Shown here piece after piece: positions 13,001 through 26,896 of a DNA stretch of 64,000 nt. The stretch lies in contig CM035361.1 of NCBI GenBank assembly GCA_020137815.1, forward strand, positions 2,480,001-2,544,000, written 5' to 3'. The notes under the pieces were generated by a model. That model searched no databases. It saw only the letters and a program-made list of their open reading frames with translations, and was not told the origin of the DNA. Numbering within the stretch: position 1 is the first letter of the stretch; each line of letters begins with the position of its first letter. The position numbers were made by a program, and so were the translations under genes. Source of the stretch: Hormiphora californensis. Lineage: Eukaryota; Animalia; Ctenophora.

Positions 13001-15711
13001 TCAATAGCACCATGTTCTTTAGGTACATATTTAACTGCAGTGTATCTCTATTATAACACAGAGCCACGTGAAGAGCTTCAGTAGCTATTCTACCACAGCT
13101 AGTTTATATACAATTCACACTGTACAGTGTGTAGTGTGTACACTGTACATACTGTACATACTGTACATACTGTACAATCAATACACATATTAACGAATGT
13201 ATGAAAACTTTATAGCTGGAACTTGACACCCCATAAATTCAGGGTTAACGGACGAGAGGTGTACAGACTATCCAAGGAGGACGGCGGTTTGTGTCTAGAG
13301 AGAATTTACAAGTACCATGACGCTCCCGGAATGTTTATTCAGAGTACCGATAACACTGAATACAGACAGGTAACAGTGCATTGTTATGTTCTAACCCTCC
13401 CTTTACGTTTGTGATTCGGGGGCGGGGCGCCCGAAACACAGTCTAGCCAGGCAAGCACTGCATTGTGTTGAGAATTCAACTGTTCGCTACCCAAATTGTA
13501 TTGGAGTATGTACAGGGTGTTCATTTTGGACGATATAATATATATCCCCTCCCTCATTACAGGTCAACTTCAAAAACGATGGTGATGACGATGATGAGAT
13601 TGATTTCGATTTGATGCTGGTGAACCCAGATGACGAGGCAGATAAGAGTCAGGGTATTGTAATTATCAAGATGCATGAATCTACTGAAGCCTTCTCTGAA
13701 GGAGGAGATATGGGTGTTCTGTGTAATGCTGGAGCTGGAAGGAACGAAGCAAATGCAATGTGCCGACACTTTGGACACAAATATGGAATCTTCATTAATC
13801 CCTTCTCATTCAAGGTACAAGAAGTTATCAATTAGTACATTGGGAGATTTTGGTATCTGGTATGGGATAATCGGGTAAGATTAAATCAGAAAGCGGTTAA
13901 TTCTTATCTTCCCTTGCTAGGCTGTTAGTCAGAAGAAAGAGAGCGTTTTCACCGAACTTCCATTCTTTGCCACCGACTTGTCTTGTCCAGAGAGCGGTAA
14001 GCTAAACATGGATTTGACACAGCCAATCATAACTCGTTATTTAGGTCATGTGACTGGTTATCAGCCAATCAGGGACCAGTATTTCCTAATTCGATCGGTT
14101 CCTGCGCTGCTAACAACCTCTACCATAATCTCTGTACAGCTCCTACTTACACTACCCCCGTTACAGCAATGGGCCCAGAGTCGTGTGAGTGGGTCGATTA
14201 TGGCGAGAGTGATGTGCCATGCGTCAATGGTCAGCAAATGGCAGTTAGATGCGCTAACGATCCTTTCACAGTGCAAACCAAGTTTGCAGTAACTGTGAAC
14301 GCCAAGAGCAAGTAAGTGTGTGTGTGTTACCATGGTAACAAAAATATCATGATACAATGGGGGTCATAAAAAATATGTCCGAACAACTGTATCTCCCGGT
14401 TCTCCCTCCCTAATTGTTAACCCACCCATCCTCCCCTCCCCTCCCTAATAAATTCTCGGTCTCCAGGGCTAAGATGATGTGCTACGTTGGCGCTGAGCTG
14501 TATGGTCAGGAATACAACGCAAAACAGAACTTCAAGGCGATGATGATGCAACGATCTTCAAACGGACAGTACTCCATGCTCAATGAGGATCCTAAATACA
14601 AGAAGGGGTAAGTGGTATGATACTATGGGAGACACCTACATCACCACCTACATGAACAACTATACTGAACCATCAGTAAATCACAATATTACGAGATTAT
14701 ATAACACTATTATTCTCTGCAGTGCTTTCTTCGCAAAGGAGTCTGTCAAGGATATGGATCAGTGCTTCATTTGTTTGACCTGGATCGAGAATACCTCCAT
14801 GGTGCAGATGGCACTTCATGGTGCCAAGTGTTCTTACGATATGGACGAGCAACAGGTAATTAATCAAATAACTGAGAATCAACTAATTATGTACATAATT
14901 GATTAAATAGCTGAGTATCAACTAATTATTTATCTAATTAATTAATTACCTGAACTAATTAGATCCGTCTTTAGTATACCCGGTATTTACAATATCACTA
15001 CATTACTTGAATCTAAAAAAAACCCTCTTTTCAGATCTGGAACGAAATTATGCAAGGTTAGTTACGTGATTATTTTCCTGCCTTGAATTGGAAAACCGAT
15101 GCAACAAGCTGATTTCTTGACTAATTTGTTCGTTGTGGTATCCTTGAGAACCACTGAGTTCTATGATTTCCGTTTCGTGAGACAAGGTGATCATTTCCTA
15201 TATATCTTGTCTGGTTTCGATAATGAGTAGATACCCGGTCGCTTGTAGTGGGAAAACGGTAATGCAAAGTGTGCGTCTCATTACTGTATTTCCATTACGG
15301 TAATACGACTACAAGCGGCGCTGATATAATGCGCATAGCCGTTTTTGGCTATTCGGTTAAAATAGTCCAGAGGCGGTTTGAGCCAATTTCCCTAGGGGAA
15401 TCGGTGTAAAATACCCACATTTATATTAGTCTTATGAATCAATATAGGGCATATCTTCTAGAGATATGTAATTGGCTTTAAAGTAAAAGGAAAAATCAAC
15501 CAAATTAGACTAAATTGATATTTTTGAGATCAAGTTGAAAATACAGGTAACCATGCCAACGCGGAAATGACACTCTTCCCCCACGAAACGGAAGTTATAG
15601 AAATCAGCATTTTGCATTGGTTTTCCCCATTGACGCCGTTACCGCCCCTAACTAGGTACTGAGGAAGGCGGCCCTCGTTTCTTTTTCATTATTCCTAAAC
15701 CTCTGAAATAG
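7012..15711 (+). CDS. Secreted mosaic S1 serine protease: signal peptide, protease, CUB-like, LDLa, uncharacterised region, SRCR-like
   Basis: Signal peptide MKIAFTAYLVLIAATWVAVSS; activation site K|IYYG; catalytic motifs TAAHC, NDIAIL, GDSGGP; LDLa CPDKSKCLYNDQKCDGSQNCFDGSDE; SRCR-like GVLCNAGAGRNEANAMCRHFG; long exon 8047-10235; last exon ends PKPLK* at 15711, AATAAA at ~15807. Confidence 0.85.
7756..8000. mobile_element. MITE with CTGTAAACGT TIRs
   Basis: ctgtaaacgt...acgtttacag ends, in a protease intron. Confidence 0.6.
10268..10615 (+). repeat. 24-bp intronic minisatellite rich in ACTAAT
   Basis: Units acctctacctaattactaattaga fill intron 10236-10626 up to the acceptor. Confidence 0.85.
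11313..11940 (+). mobile_element. Non-autonomous Helitron (host copy: 11313-11321 plus 11636-11940)
   Basis: A|TC 5' end, 3' hairpin gcgcacccaatgggtgcgc running into CTAG|T; interrupted after 9 nt by an antisense copy. Confidence 0.8.
11322..11635 (-). mobile_element. Non-autonomous Helitron, antisense copy inserted into the host copy
   Basis: Reverse complement of the same element with TC...CTAG ends, inserted at an A|T site without TSD. Confidence 0.8.
12398..12683 (+). mobile_element. Non-autonomous Helitron, uninterrupted 286-bp copy
   Basis: a|tctctattataatttggag...gggtgcgctag|t; no TSD. Confidence 0.8.
13381..13454 (-). mobile_element. Ultra-short TTG...CAA element (8-bp TSD family)
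   Basis: Reverse-oriented copy of ttgcctagctagactgtg...gagggttagaacataacaa; flanks acagtgca/gcactgca. Confidence 0.65.
14019..14104 (+). mobile_element. hAT-like MITE (CAGGAACCGAC family), 5'-truncated
   Basis: Core ttaggtcatgtgactggttatcagccaatcagggaccag...cggttcctg. Confidence 0.7.
15090..15626. mobile_element. Probable MITE with imperfect TIRs
   Basis: ggaaaaccgatgcaacaagctgattt vs aaatcagcattttgcattggttttcc; no clear TSD. Confidence 0.45.
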
Positions 15712-16418
15712 AGAAAACCAAAACGATAACGGAGCAGACTCCACATTTTTGTAGCATGTAACTTTACAATTGATAACCCGTAGACTTTGTGTAACGTTTT
15801 GTAGCAAATAAAATTACCATAAATTTTAAAATCTTGTTTTGATTTGTAACCTAAATGTAAGAAAGAGGTAAAACTGCAGCACAGACAATCAATTTGTAAT
15901 TATGGCGATGAGAGAGCTGAGAGGCAAATCATGTTTTAGCAAGGACGGATAAGAGCCGATTATACATCCTAATTGCCCCGTATGTGAGGGGATCGCCCTA
16001 CGGGCGCGCGAACATGAGGGGCCCGACGTGCCCAAACATCCTAATCATTATTGGGTGTACCAGCTCTCTTACCCTAGCACGTCACAACGATAGAACTATA
16101 GTACCGGAGAGAGGGGGGCATTGTATAATCAGTAACTGGGGTAACTTGTAGTTGTAATCACAATGATAAGGTAACATACCGTATGTGTCTTGTGTCAATA
16201 TAACCATGTGTTAGCTAAAGGGATAATATAGAGTTAGTTGGGAATCGGTAGGAGGAGTATCGCGGGCAATAAAACACTGAAACAGCTGATGAAAGCGAGG
16301 TTAAAGGATAAAAACAATACACTGGGCACACTTCTATGTAAATGTAAAAACGTTTCATCACAGTGTGATTCACACCGTTGTGGCAATGTATCTAAAACTA
16401 ATATATTCCTATTCCATA

Positions 16419-19400
16419 TCACCGGACAGTGTATCGTGTAACAGTTGATGTCTCATCTGCTATCAATACATCAAATGAAGTAGCATGATGTTGGCCCGCA
16501 CACAACCAGTTAATCTTGGAACCATGGTACAATTTAAATACACCGTTCTCTGTTTCACCCTGATCCTCGTCATCAGGAGTTGTACTGTGCCTGCAGTGGG
16601 GGGGGGGGGGGTTGAGCATGGTGCCCTAATGAGTATGTCTATTGATACCGGGGTCCACTAATAAAGTGAGAAATAAGGGGGTAACTGAAGATACTCACGG
16701 TTTGCCTAGCTAGACTGTGTTTACAAATGTAAAGGAGGGTTAGAAAATAACAACTCACGGTAAGGTGGAATGACCGTTACTAGCGCCACATTCCAGACCC
16801 GTTATATGTACAAAGCCATCGTTACCTCCCGTTACCACGGTTACCGGGTCGACCAGGCACACACAACCTGCCCAAATATGGAATAATTAGACACAAAACC
16901 TGCCCAAATATGGAATGCCTTGTGAGATGGTTCCGGTCTGTTCATATCATGAGTGATTGCCGTTCCACTAACCTGTTCCTGCACTGTGGGATGGTAAAGT
17001 TCTAAAGGGGACATAGCCCACTTTCTTGGACCCCAACCTCCACACTTTAACAGCCCCGCTCCCATAGCCTGCCACTAAGTACCGTGATTTCCAATGTGTT
17101 GATATGGAGTTAACAAAGGGAGGGTTTATTACATGGACACCTGGAAAATAGGGGGGTGAAGAAGGACACTGACTGTACATCGCGCTACCTCGATGTACTC
17201 GCTACGCGGCCTCACGTAGCGGAAGAGGACGGTCTTATATGAGACAAGGGGTGAAGAAGGACGAGGGATTAGAATTTGGCTGATAATAGTTAGACAAAAG
17301 ATCAAGATATATTGAACTATGATTAGAGAAATCTAGCAGGACTAAAGATAAAATACGGCTCTGGTATAAATGGCTGTTGAAAGAATGGGAAATGCACCCC
17401 CAAACCTACCCTGTTGTTGAGAAGGCTCCAGAATGGTGTTCATGGGCTTCTGTCTATACAAATCCCGGTGATGTATCTTGCAGTCCATACCACCTGATAT
17501 AACGTGTTGGGCAAGGGTTAGTTACAAGGTTACAAGGTTTAGTAAATTCACCTTTCCTTAATCAAATCTTTGCAGTCGATTTGTTTCAATCGTATCTTCT
17601 AATCATCTAGGGTTACTATTTGAAGCATCAGTATTTGAAGAAGTAACCTACCTGAAACTATTTCGGCAGTGCGGCTTGGTACCCACTGAACACTAGCACA
17701 AATATTATCGTGTACAGTGTATCTACTGACAACCTCTCCTCTCTTTTTGATATCAAAACACATGACTTCTCCATTGTCATCGCAGCTTAGCTGAGGTGGG
17801 GGTAGATGTTAGCTGGGGGGGGGGGGGGGGTATTAGCTGGGGGTAGATATTAGCTGGGGGGTATTATAGCTGGGGTATTATAGCTGGGGTAGATATTAGC
17901 TGAGGAGGGGGTATTAGCTGAGGAGGTGGTATTAGCTGAGGAGGGGGTATTAGCTGAGGGCAGAGGGGGTAGATATTAGCTGGGGGGGGGGGGCGGTAGA
18001 TATTAGTTGAGGGGGGGGGGGTAGATATTAGCTGGGGGGTAGATGTTAGTTGTGCGTGTTGCAGTAGTCCTTTCTGTACTGACTGACTATCAACAACCGC
18101 ACAAGAACGGTGGATTGCTGTTTCTGACACAGACAAAATAATACAACCGATTCCGAGCAAAAACTAAATCTAAACCGAAACAATAAAATATACTCATAAA
18201 TGCGGCCATACTATTTCTCTCTCTCTACTCTACTCATTCTCGTGCAGAACTCATCTCTCAGATGCAGGGCTCTCTATGCAGAGTCTCGGGACTCATTTAG
18301 TCGCCAGCGTCTTAGTAAGCCACATTGCTAGACTAAGGCTGGATCTCAGACTAAAGCTCAGGCTATGCTTCAGATCACAGGAACTGACTCAACAGAAATG
18401 AACTCTCTCAGTGTCTCTCAAAGCAGAACTCAGGAACTGCAACATCAGAACTCTCAGGGCCGAACTCACTCTAGTGTCTCTCTCAGGAACTGCCGGGAAC
18501 TGACAAGTGTCCTCTCCTCTTGTACCAGCTGACCACACCCGTCTTCTCCTCCACACGTTCTCCATCTCTAATCTAGGGCGTAGGTAGTTCCCCATTGTCT
18601 CCAATTATCGGTAGATCTTCTGGAGCATCTGACTGGCTAGCTGCGGACTACTACGATTGTCAGACAAAAGCAGCTATTGTCTAACTTGGTACAACCGGCA
18701 TACCAGATCAAACCACACCCGTGTGAAGTTTCTCTTTCAGAATAATCAGCCTTTCTTCTCCTCCGGGAACAATGCATTCTAATCCGGTCAATACAAAATA
18801 ACTCAGACTGCAGTGTCTAACAATACTGTAGCGGTGAAACAATGAATAAACTCAGGTTTATTACCACAACAGACAAACAAGCCGAAAGCCAACAACAAAC
18901 TCACATTCAGATGATAAACATACATGACTACCGACAAACATGCATAGTGGATCAGCTGACAGTTCAGCTGATGCCACATCCACCCCTCTCTCCGAAGAAG
19001 AGAACTGCAGGTTCTTTACTAACTCCTTATAAATTCCCTGCGGAAATACAGCAGGCTGAGGTAACATCCATCCGGGATCTAGTTTTGTTCGGCCGAACTC
19101 GACTGACATTACTGCATGTCATTTAAACCATTCGGATACAGCACTCCTCCACCAGACATCAGTGTCACCTAATTTTTCGGTTTTCTCCATTCTAGTTCTC
19201 ACCTAGCTAAGGACAGTGTTCTCAGGAACATTACATGTTGTGAATTAAACCATCTGGGTTCTAACCTTTCAACTTCCCGGGAAGCTAATTCTGGCCGACA
19301 TCACTTCATCCATTAACCCTCAGGATTAACTACACTATATAGCAGACATGCAAACTAAATCCCGATTTCGCCGGAAATCACCAGATGCTTCTGTGCAACT

Positions 19401-22400
19401 CATAACCGTAACATAAACAGCCAGATACCGCGGGGAAACTTAACAAGACTTGACCTGCTTCAGTGCGGGGTTTCAGACCTTCAGAGTCTCAGTTTCGGGT
19501 CCCTAATGAACCGGGAAAAAAACATGCTACACTCAATGCTTCTCTCTCACACTTCACTACCACTTAAAAACTACAAGTCCACCTATAACACAGAAACTAA
19601 AACACTTACAGACAAATAGACAAACAACATCTAACTCAAATCTCTCGAACTCTCAATCTCTCACTCTTCACAGAGACAACACTACACTATACACTACCAC
19701 TACAAATCAACTAACAAGACATCAGGTCCAGGACTACACCATACCCATCAGAGGCACACTCCAGCAGTAATAATCCACTGCTATCTAGTTCCGCTTGCAG
19801 AGTACTACTTGGCGAGGTCATGCTTGATCAGTGGCGGCCGCCAACTGGTGACCAGTCCCGCACAGCATGGCCAGTGCCATACGAGACCAGCGATCACCGC
19901 GAAGGCATGACTATTCTGTTAGCGGTCCACCACAGACCAATCACACCAAAGCTCTCCTACAAGCCGAACCATTACCAGTACTGGCCCTGGGGACTCGTAT
20001 AACAAACAGGCCTAATCAAACTTCAGAAACGGTCTCCGATTGACTCGTTTCTCCAGGCTTTCACCGCCACATCCCCAGGCTGAAGCAAACACTTAACAAC
20101 ACTCTCAGGAAACGTCTTAACTCTGCGTTCGCCAAGTACTGGTCCGTGCACATTTCAAAAATCCTCAATTCTTCAATACTCATATCTCTTCCGTGAGATA
20201 TACCCGTGTATCCTCCGGCTCACTCCTACCGTGGCCATTCTTACATAGACAACTCAAGACAATTTCACAAATCTAAATGACAGTACAACACTCTTACATA
20301 TCCTTCTAAGCACACACAAACACACTAACACACACCAACACACACCAACAATCTGTGCTTAGCAAATACAACCAAGATACAACCAAACCAGAAGCAACAC
20401 AAAGATTCGCAGAGAAAATCAAACTCGGACAACTACTAACCTGGCTATAGCAGAGCCAATTACTGAATGAACTGCTTCACTTCCAGTCATCCTCACCCCT
20501 TTATACCAAGGTCTTCTCCAGAAATCGAACTGCAGGTCCTAGTTTCAGATACCACCAACCATCTCCAAATCATCAGGATTCTATATGCTGCTCCATACCA
20601 CTCCAGAACACTCCGAGTTCCCCTGAAACGGAGTTAGGACCGGACTACGAGCACAGGTCTACCGTGTCTATCCATAACTGCAGCTGACTTCCACCAGACT
20701 TCCAATCTCGAACCAATCGATACAGCCGTGTAACGAAATTATATCCTGGAATTCACCGGATTTCCAAAACTTTTCAGGTCAAGCTTTAGAGGAACTCGGG
20801 TTCGCCCTAAAATCTCCTTCATCCGTCGAAAACCACTGGGCCAACGGAGTGACCCTCTTTGTCACCGAGCACTCGAGCAGTTTACACCATCAGGGTGTCT
20901 CACCACTTCAACAAAAAGTCAAATTTGTATCCTGCAGGCCATCGCGACATGTTCCTTCAGGGCAACACTGAAGCTGAAAGCGGTTTCAAACCTTTGAGCA
21001 GAACAACTATTTTGCCTCCGGGCTACAGTAGCTAGTCAAAAGAACTATCAAACACAGGGAAAACATTTCAAAACCATTTCTCTGGCCTCCGGGCTCTAAC
21101 AGGACAGCAAAAATCCGTTCCTTCATCAGGGAAAATGGAAATATTTAGCTGAAAATCAGTTTTCAGCTATCACATCAGATCAAAAATTTTCCTCCGGTCT
21201 ACAACGAATCAACGGGACTACGATCAAATGCAATTGCATAGACTAATCATCATCACCTCGGGGCTCTTACGGGACAACAGCAATCCCTAGCTGAAAACGG
21301 TTTTCAGCTAACACATCATATCAAACATCTTACCTCCGGGCAACGGTGCAGCGGGGAAACAGAACAACGATCATACACGGGGAAGACACAAAGACCAATT
21401 CAATAGCCTCCGGGATACTGGAATATATAACAGAACTACACCAAAAATCAGGGTAACAAAGTAACAAACACTAGCGGATGAATTTCTCTCTGGCCTCCGG
21501 GCTCTACGGGACAGCAGCAATCCCACCGAAGCCACCATTTTGTGCGTGTTGCAGTAGTCCTTTCTGTACTGACTGACTATCAACAACCGCACAAGAACGG
21601 TGGATTGCTGTTTCTGACACAGACAAAATAATACAACCGATTCCGAGCCAAAACTAAATCTAAACCGAAACAATAAAATATACTCATAAATGCGGCCATA
21701 CTATTTCTCTCTCTCTACTCTACTCATTCTCGTGCAGAACTCATCTCTCAGATGCAGGGCTCTCTATGCAGAGTCTCGGGACTCATTTAGTCGCCAGCGT
21801 CTTAGTAAGCCACATTGCTAGACTAAGGCTGGATCTCAGACTAAAGCTCAGGCTATGCTTCAGATCACAGGAACTGACTCAACAGAAATGAACTCTCTCA
21901 GTAGAACTGTCTCCGTACAGAACTCACTCTAGTGTCTCTACTCAACTCCAAACTCTCGGTCTCTCTCAGGAACTCTCTCAGTGTCTCTCAACGCAGAACT
22001 CAGGAACTGCCTCAGCAGAACTGCCTCTCAGGAACTCCCTCTCAGGAACTGCTTCTCAGGAACTGCCAAGTGTCCTCTCCTCTTGTACCAGCTGACCACA
22101 CCCGTCTTCTCCTCCACACGTTCTCCATCTCTAATCTAGGGCGTAGGTAGTTCCCCATTGTCTCCAATTATCGGTAGATCTTCTGGAGCATCTGACTGGC
22201 TAGCTGCGGACTACTACGATTGTCAGACAAAAGCAGCTATTGTCTAACTTGGTACAACCGGCATACCAGATCAAACCACACCCGTGTGAAGTTTCTCTTT
22301 CAGAATAATCAGCCTTTCTTCTCCTCCGGGAACAATGCATTCTAATCCGGTCAATACAAAATAACTCAGACTGCAGTGTCTAACAATACTGTAGCGGTGA

Positions 22401-23641
22401 AACAATGAATAAACTCAGGTTTATTACCACAACAGACAAACAAGCCGAAAGCCAACAACAAACTCACATTCAGATGATAAACATACATGACTACCGACAA
22501 ACATGCATAGTGGATCAGCTGACAGTTCAGCTGATGCCACATAGTTGTTGAGAAATTTGTTGAGAAAGTAAATTATAAACCTCATATCTTATTGTTATCC
22601 TAATCTAAACTCATCCTCACCAGACCTCCAACTCCCACTTACCAAATATTGCCCTTTTTCATCGGGTGCCAGCTGGTTTATCTCCTCTTCATGTTTCCCC
22701 TCGTATACCTCATACACCTATAACACAGTACACAAATTAGTATAGTCTAGGTAGACAAAATCAGGTTTCATTCTCGCACACACCCACGTACCTCACCTAA
22801 ACTTCTGGTATCATATACAAAGATGGAACTATCGCTTGCCACGTAGAATTTAGCTGAAAATAGGATTCATTTTAGAATACTATAGCTCTAGGCGGGTTAT
22901 TTTGATCAGGAAAGTTATACAATGATGTCAATCCCCCCCCCGTTCTACCTGTATCTAAGGTTACGAAGTTAACCCCCGAAGTTACCCCTTGCCAGCGCGC
23001 ACGAAGGGGTTATTTCGTGACCAACCTGTATCTCTGGGGTTGAATGTTACACTGTTAACAGCCTCACCAGGGAGGGGGGTTAGAGATGCAACTAGTTCAT
23101 CTCCAGATCTCCATAACATCACCCTCCCATCTTCACTTCCTGGAAATATGATGGGGGGAGTTATATATCGGCCATTGCCCATTTGGAGAGTTTGAAAGTT
23201 TCAATTCGTATAGCGATAGACATTTTAAAAGGTTCTAAGAAATAGATGGAGTGAGAGTTGAGACAAAGATAAATGGAGAGAAAGACAATGGCCGGGTATA
23301 TAAAATATTTGTTTCATAGAGCATGCAGCTGTAGTAACACAGCATTGTATTGTGAACAAAAAGCTTTGATACACCGCTGTTGTTTAGTGTGGTTTACTGT
23401 GTTGTTGTTGCTGCTGTGTCTCAGTGGTCTTTGTTACAAACTATATATGTTCATATCAGTTGACTCGATAAATATCCTAGCTAGACCTTGATGTATGTTT
23501 ATTATGGGTATTATAGAGGCTTAGGTTTATTGTTAAAACTTAGAATAGGTCATCTGCGATGTAGACAGGGGAGGTTATAATAGGCAGTCTGTAGAAGTCT
23601 CCCTTTGGCAATATAAAGAGAGGGAGAGAGAGAGAAAGAGA

Positions 23642-23679
<38 letters not shown>

Positions 23680-23688
23680 GAGAGATAT

Positions 23689-23763
<75 letters not shown>

Positions 23764-24861
23764 TATAGAGATAGAGAGAGAGAGAGAGAGAGAGAAAGAA
23801 AACATATTTTGCATTATGTTAAATGCTGGCAGAATTGCTGTGTTGTTCTTTGAGTCTTTGGAGTCTCAAACTGAATGTTGTGAGACATTGGAATTTAAGG
23901 GTTTATTATGACAAATTTCTCTCGATTCTTTTCGCTTTTCATCGAGGCCAAGAGAAGAAGAAATGTAGAGAGGGATAGTTGAAATAAGAACCCTACAGAT
24001 CATCGAGATTTATTTAAGATGAATGGAGGTGAGTGTTTGGCAGCCAGCCCCAGATATATCTTGTTTACTTTGCATTCATTGCTCTGTTTAGTATTCAGTC
24101 ATTTTGTGAGCTGTTTTTCAGTTATTTTGAGCTTGTATTCTGTATGGTCCTTGGGAGCTTGTACTCTAAATATTTTGTATTTTCATTGTCACTGTACTTT
24201 GTAATTTTCACGTCCCCCAATTACAGTGAGCATGTTTCAACTGTAACCCAACTAAAATCTGATAACGAAGGACCAATCTCCACAAACAACTCTGAGTGTC
24301 CCATCTCCAGCAGAACGCCCAACCAACCAACCAAAAACACTTTTATCAAACCCTGGCACCACTCCAGAGCTATAATTATCAAACCCTGGCACCATGGTGT
24401 TGATTATTAATTGGAACAAAGCCCACCACCGATTAGACATTCCTCCGAGTACGAAACTAGGGATATTTGTAGTTCTACTAATCCTTGCTTCAGACTTTCA
24501 ACTTCCACTGCTAGTCTTCAACAGTGTCTGTACCTTTGTATTTTGGACTTGGATATGTTATGTGAATGCCAAGTGAGACCAGTGGGATCTTTTCAGATAA
24601 AACGGGGGAAAGGGAGGCCTGGTAAAGCCCAGTTGCAGTTCCCAATGTGAACGCATTTCATTTGTGTCCCAAGGATTATGGCATGGGGATTATAACGATT
24701 TAATATGGTACACTATATATGGTCATACAATTGTTGACCAAATATGGTGTGTCTATCTCAGTACCTGACAGAGAGATGTTGTCTGATTGGCAGTGAGACA
24801 CAGTAAGTACAGTGGCATCGTGCAGCTCAATCCTCGTACTATCAACCTCGCTAACTGACAT
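16419..24861 (-). CDS. WDR53: WD repeat-containing protein 53
   Basis: Exons give MSVSEVDSTRIELHDATVLTV...SGSEDGRVMLW...HEEEINQL...SCDDNGEV...HDNICASVQW...INPPFVNSIS...HGSKINWL...VLIADETSTVTRY*, matching WDR53 motifs EEEINCL, ADDSG, HSNICSSV, NPALAHSIS, HGEKVNWL. Confidence 0.85.
16702..16753 (+). mobile_element. Ultra-short TTG...CAA element at a WDR53 splice donor
   Basis: 52 bp; perfect TSD ctcacggt (16694-16701, 16754-16761) that contains the donor ACC|GTGAG. Confidence 0.75.
17787..18050 (-). repeat. Tandem array of a WDR53 acceptor junction
   Basis: About 12 units of ttagctg(a/g)gg(G)nta(gata); on the minus strand C-tract + cag|CTAA, matching the true acceptor at 17790/17791. Confidence 0.8.
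18051..22541 (-). mobile_element. Non-autonomous LTR retroelement (Gypsy-like, 4-bp TSD) in a WDR53 intron
   Basis: LTRs 18051-18978 and 21541-22541 with TG...CA ends; TSD tagt; PBS tggtggcttcggtggga next to the right LTR; PPT ggagagaggggtgga before the left LTR; no long internal ORF. Confidence 0.9.
23617..23795. repeat. (GA)n microsatellite; similar tracts at ~43803-43900, 51471-51600, 53145-53230, 56090-56310, 58905-59005
   Basis: Direct inspection. Confidence 0.95.
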
Positions 24862-26896
24862 TGCTATAAAGGGAGGGAGAGAGATATTATCTTGTACTGG
24901 AAACTTGGTCTACATAGAGTTTGATATATATATATTTCACTAAATTAAAACAACACAGTTTCTAATACAAGTGGTATTATCTCTCTCGAAACACAGAAAC
25001 AAAACATTATATTGTCAAATCCATTAGATAAAAAGCACACTATATAAGAGAGGAAGTGATCAACAATAAGATCATCCTTTCCAGTTAAAAGGAATTCGAG
25101 TCTCAAAACAATGTGTCCAAAAAGTTGTGTTTCTTTAATCTCTGATAATCCACAGTCATTGTAGGTCAATAGAGTTCATATATAATCTCAGCAGCCCCTC
25201 TCACATAAATATATTTGAGAGTCATGATACTCAACTAGGGATTGGATTAATACAATCTCTTGTTTATGTAAACCCAAAAAGATTTTGATAGTTAATTGAT
25301 TTGAGTATTTGTGTCTCTTTACCTCCTCTCTGTCTACTCTTTAAATTAACACAATTTTTTAATTTACACGATCACTACTTCGAATATATTCCCAATCAAA
25401 TACACACACAGCACAATTTTATAAGCTCAGGGGCGTGTCTCTCTTTCTGGTGTTCCCATACTTTGTAGTCTACAAACCGAGATATCATGAACAGAACCTG
25501 ATTGCCGCCCCCTCGCCCCAAGCTTTAACTCCTCTTCTTTCCCCGCTGTTGGTTTTGCATTGTCTGGGCATGTTTAACTGCTGCTGCAGTTCCTAGTCCA
25601 ACCGCCACTACATAAATCGGTGTCAGTCCCTGAAAATAGTGGGGAGGTTAGTTTCTCTGCTCTCTTCTCGCAACTCGCTGAATGTTTAGGCAATAATTTG
25701 TAACACTTTTTCCAATTTCCATACCTGTTCCCAGATGATTTCAGCGATTTCATCTATCTTCTCAGCGATCTCAGGTTTATCTCCCCGGTACTTGATACCA
25801 ATCCAGGCTGCTAACGTTGCCATGGAGACCCAGAATACAATGTTAGCCAGTAGAGCTAGGGGTCCAAGGTAAAGGGCTGCTAGGAATGCCTGGGAGGTTA
25901 GGATGTGGTTAGGAGGTGGTTAGGATGGAATAGTTTTCTGGTATTAACAAAGTGTAAATGACAGGTTCTATCGAAATCAGTTTGGTTTGGTTTGGACCGC
26001 TCATCTGGGACTGTAAACAGTCACACAGCCAAGGGCTGCAAGAAACAGGCGAGGGAAACATAGTGCTGGACTCCTTCGGGAAACACCCCCAATCGTCTTC
26101 TGTGTAGAGAGATGGAAAAGGGGTGGGTGGTAGCTGAGAGAGTTTTAGTAAGATGAGGGGTAATGGTAGGGAGAGATGGAGATATGGGGGTAGGTAGCTT
26201 AGAGATGGATAGATTAGGCTTGGGTAGTTGGGGAGATGGAGTAATATAATGGGGGGGGGGGGGGGTTAGGGTTTGCTGCAGAGCAAAGCTCCCCGACCAG
26301 CAAAACGACCTGCAGATCACACCCTGTTTATTGTGTTAAAAAAGGGCGGCTCAGCCCCTCCCAGGACGGGAAAGGAAGGAGCTTCGTCGCACCCACCCCC
26401 ACGATACTAGTGGACTGACTAGGGCTCCACTATTTTTAGTAATTGTTGTTTGTGTCGGTGAATTGTGCCATGTTGTTTATTATAGAGAGGGCAGTGTAGT
26501 ATTTCCCCATCCGAAGGCCACTCTGAACTCTTTTCTCTTTTCTTGTCGCGAGACATGTCTGATGTCTAACTGTTCTCAATATAGAAAACAAAGATTTTCC
26601 CCATTGAAAAAACACACAGCTTAAGCTAAGCGGCGCGAAAGAAGAGCAGGGAACGGAAAAGTTACAGCTTAGATCTTTGTTTTTTGTTTTCAAAAGAGTT
26701 TCCCCTGACATTTGAAAAACTTGTGCCGTGCTTACTTGAAATTTTAAAATCAATACTTTTAGTTTATTCCCGTACAAACCCTTCTGCATTTGAGTTCTGT
26801 TTAGCGCTCGGGACAATTACCCCTTATTTGTATGACTCATTTTTCAATTGTAAGTGACTAGAAAGTAACCAGCTTTTACAGAAATACATCCAAAAA

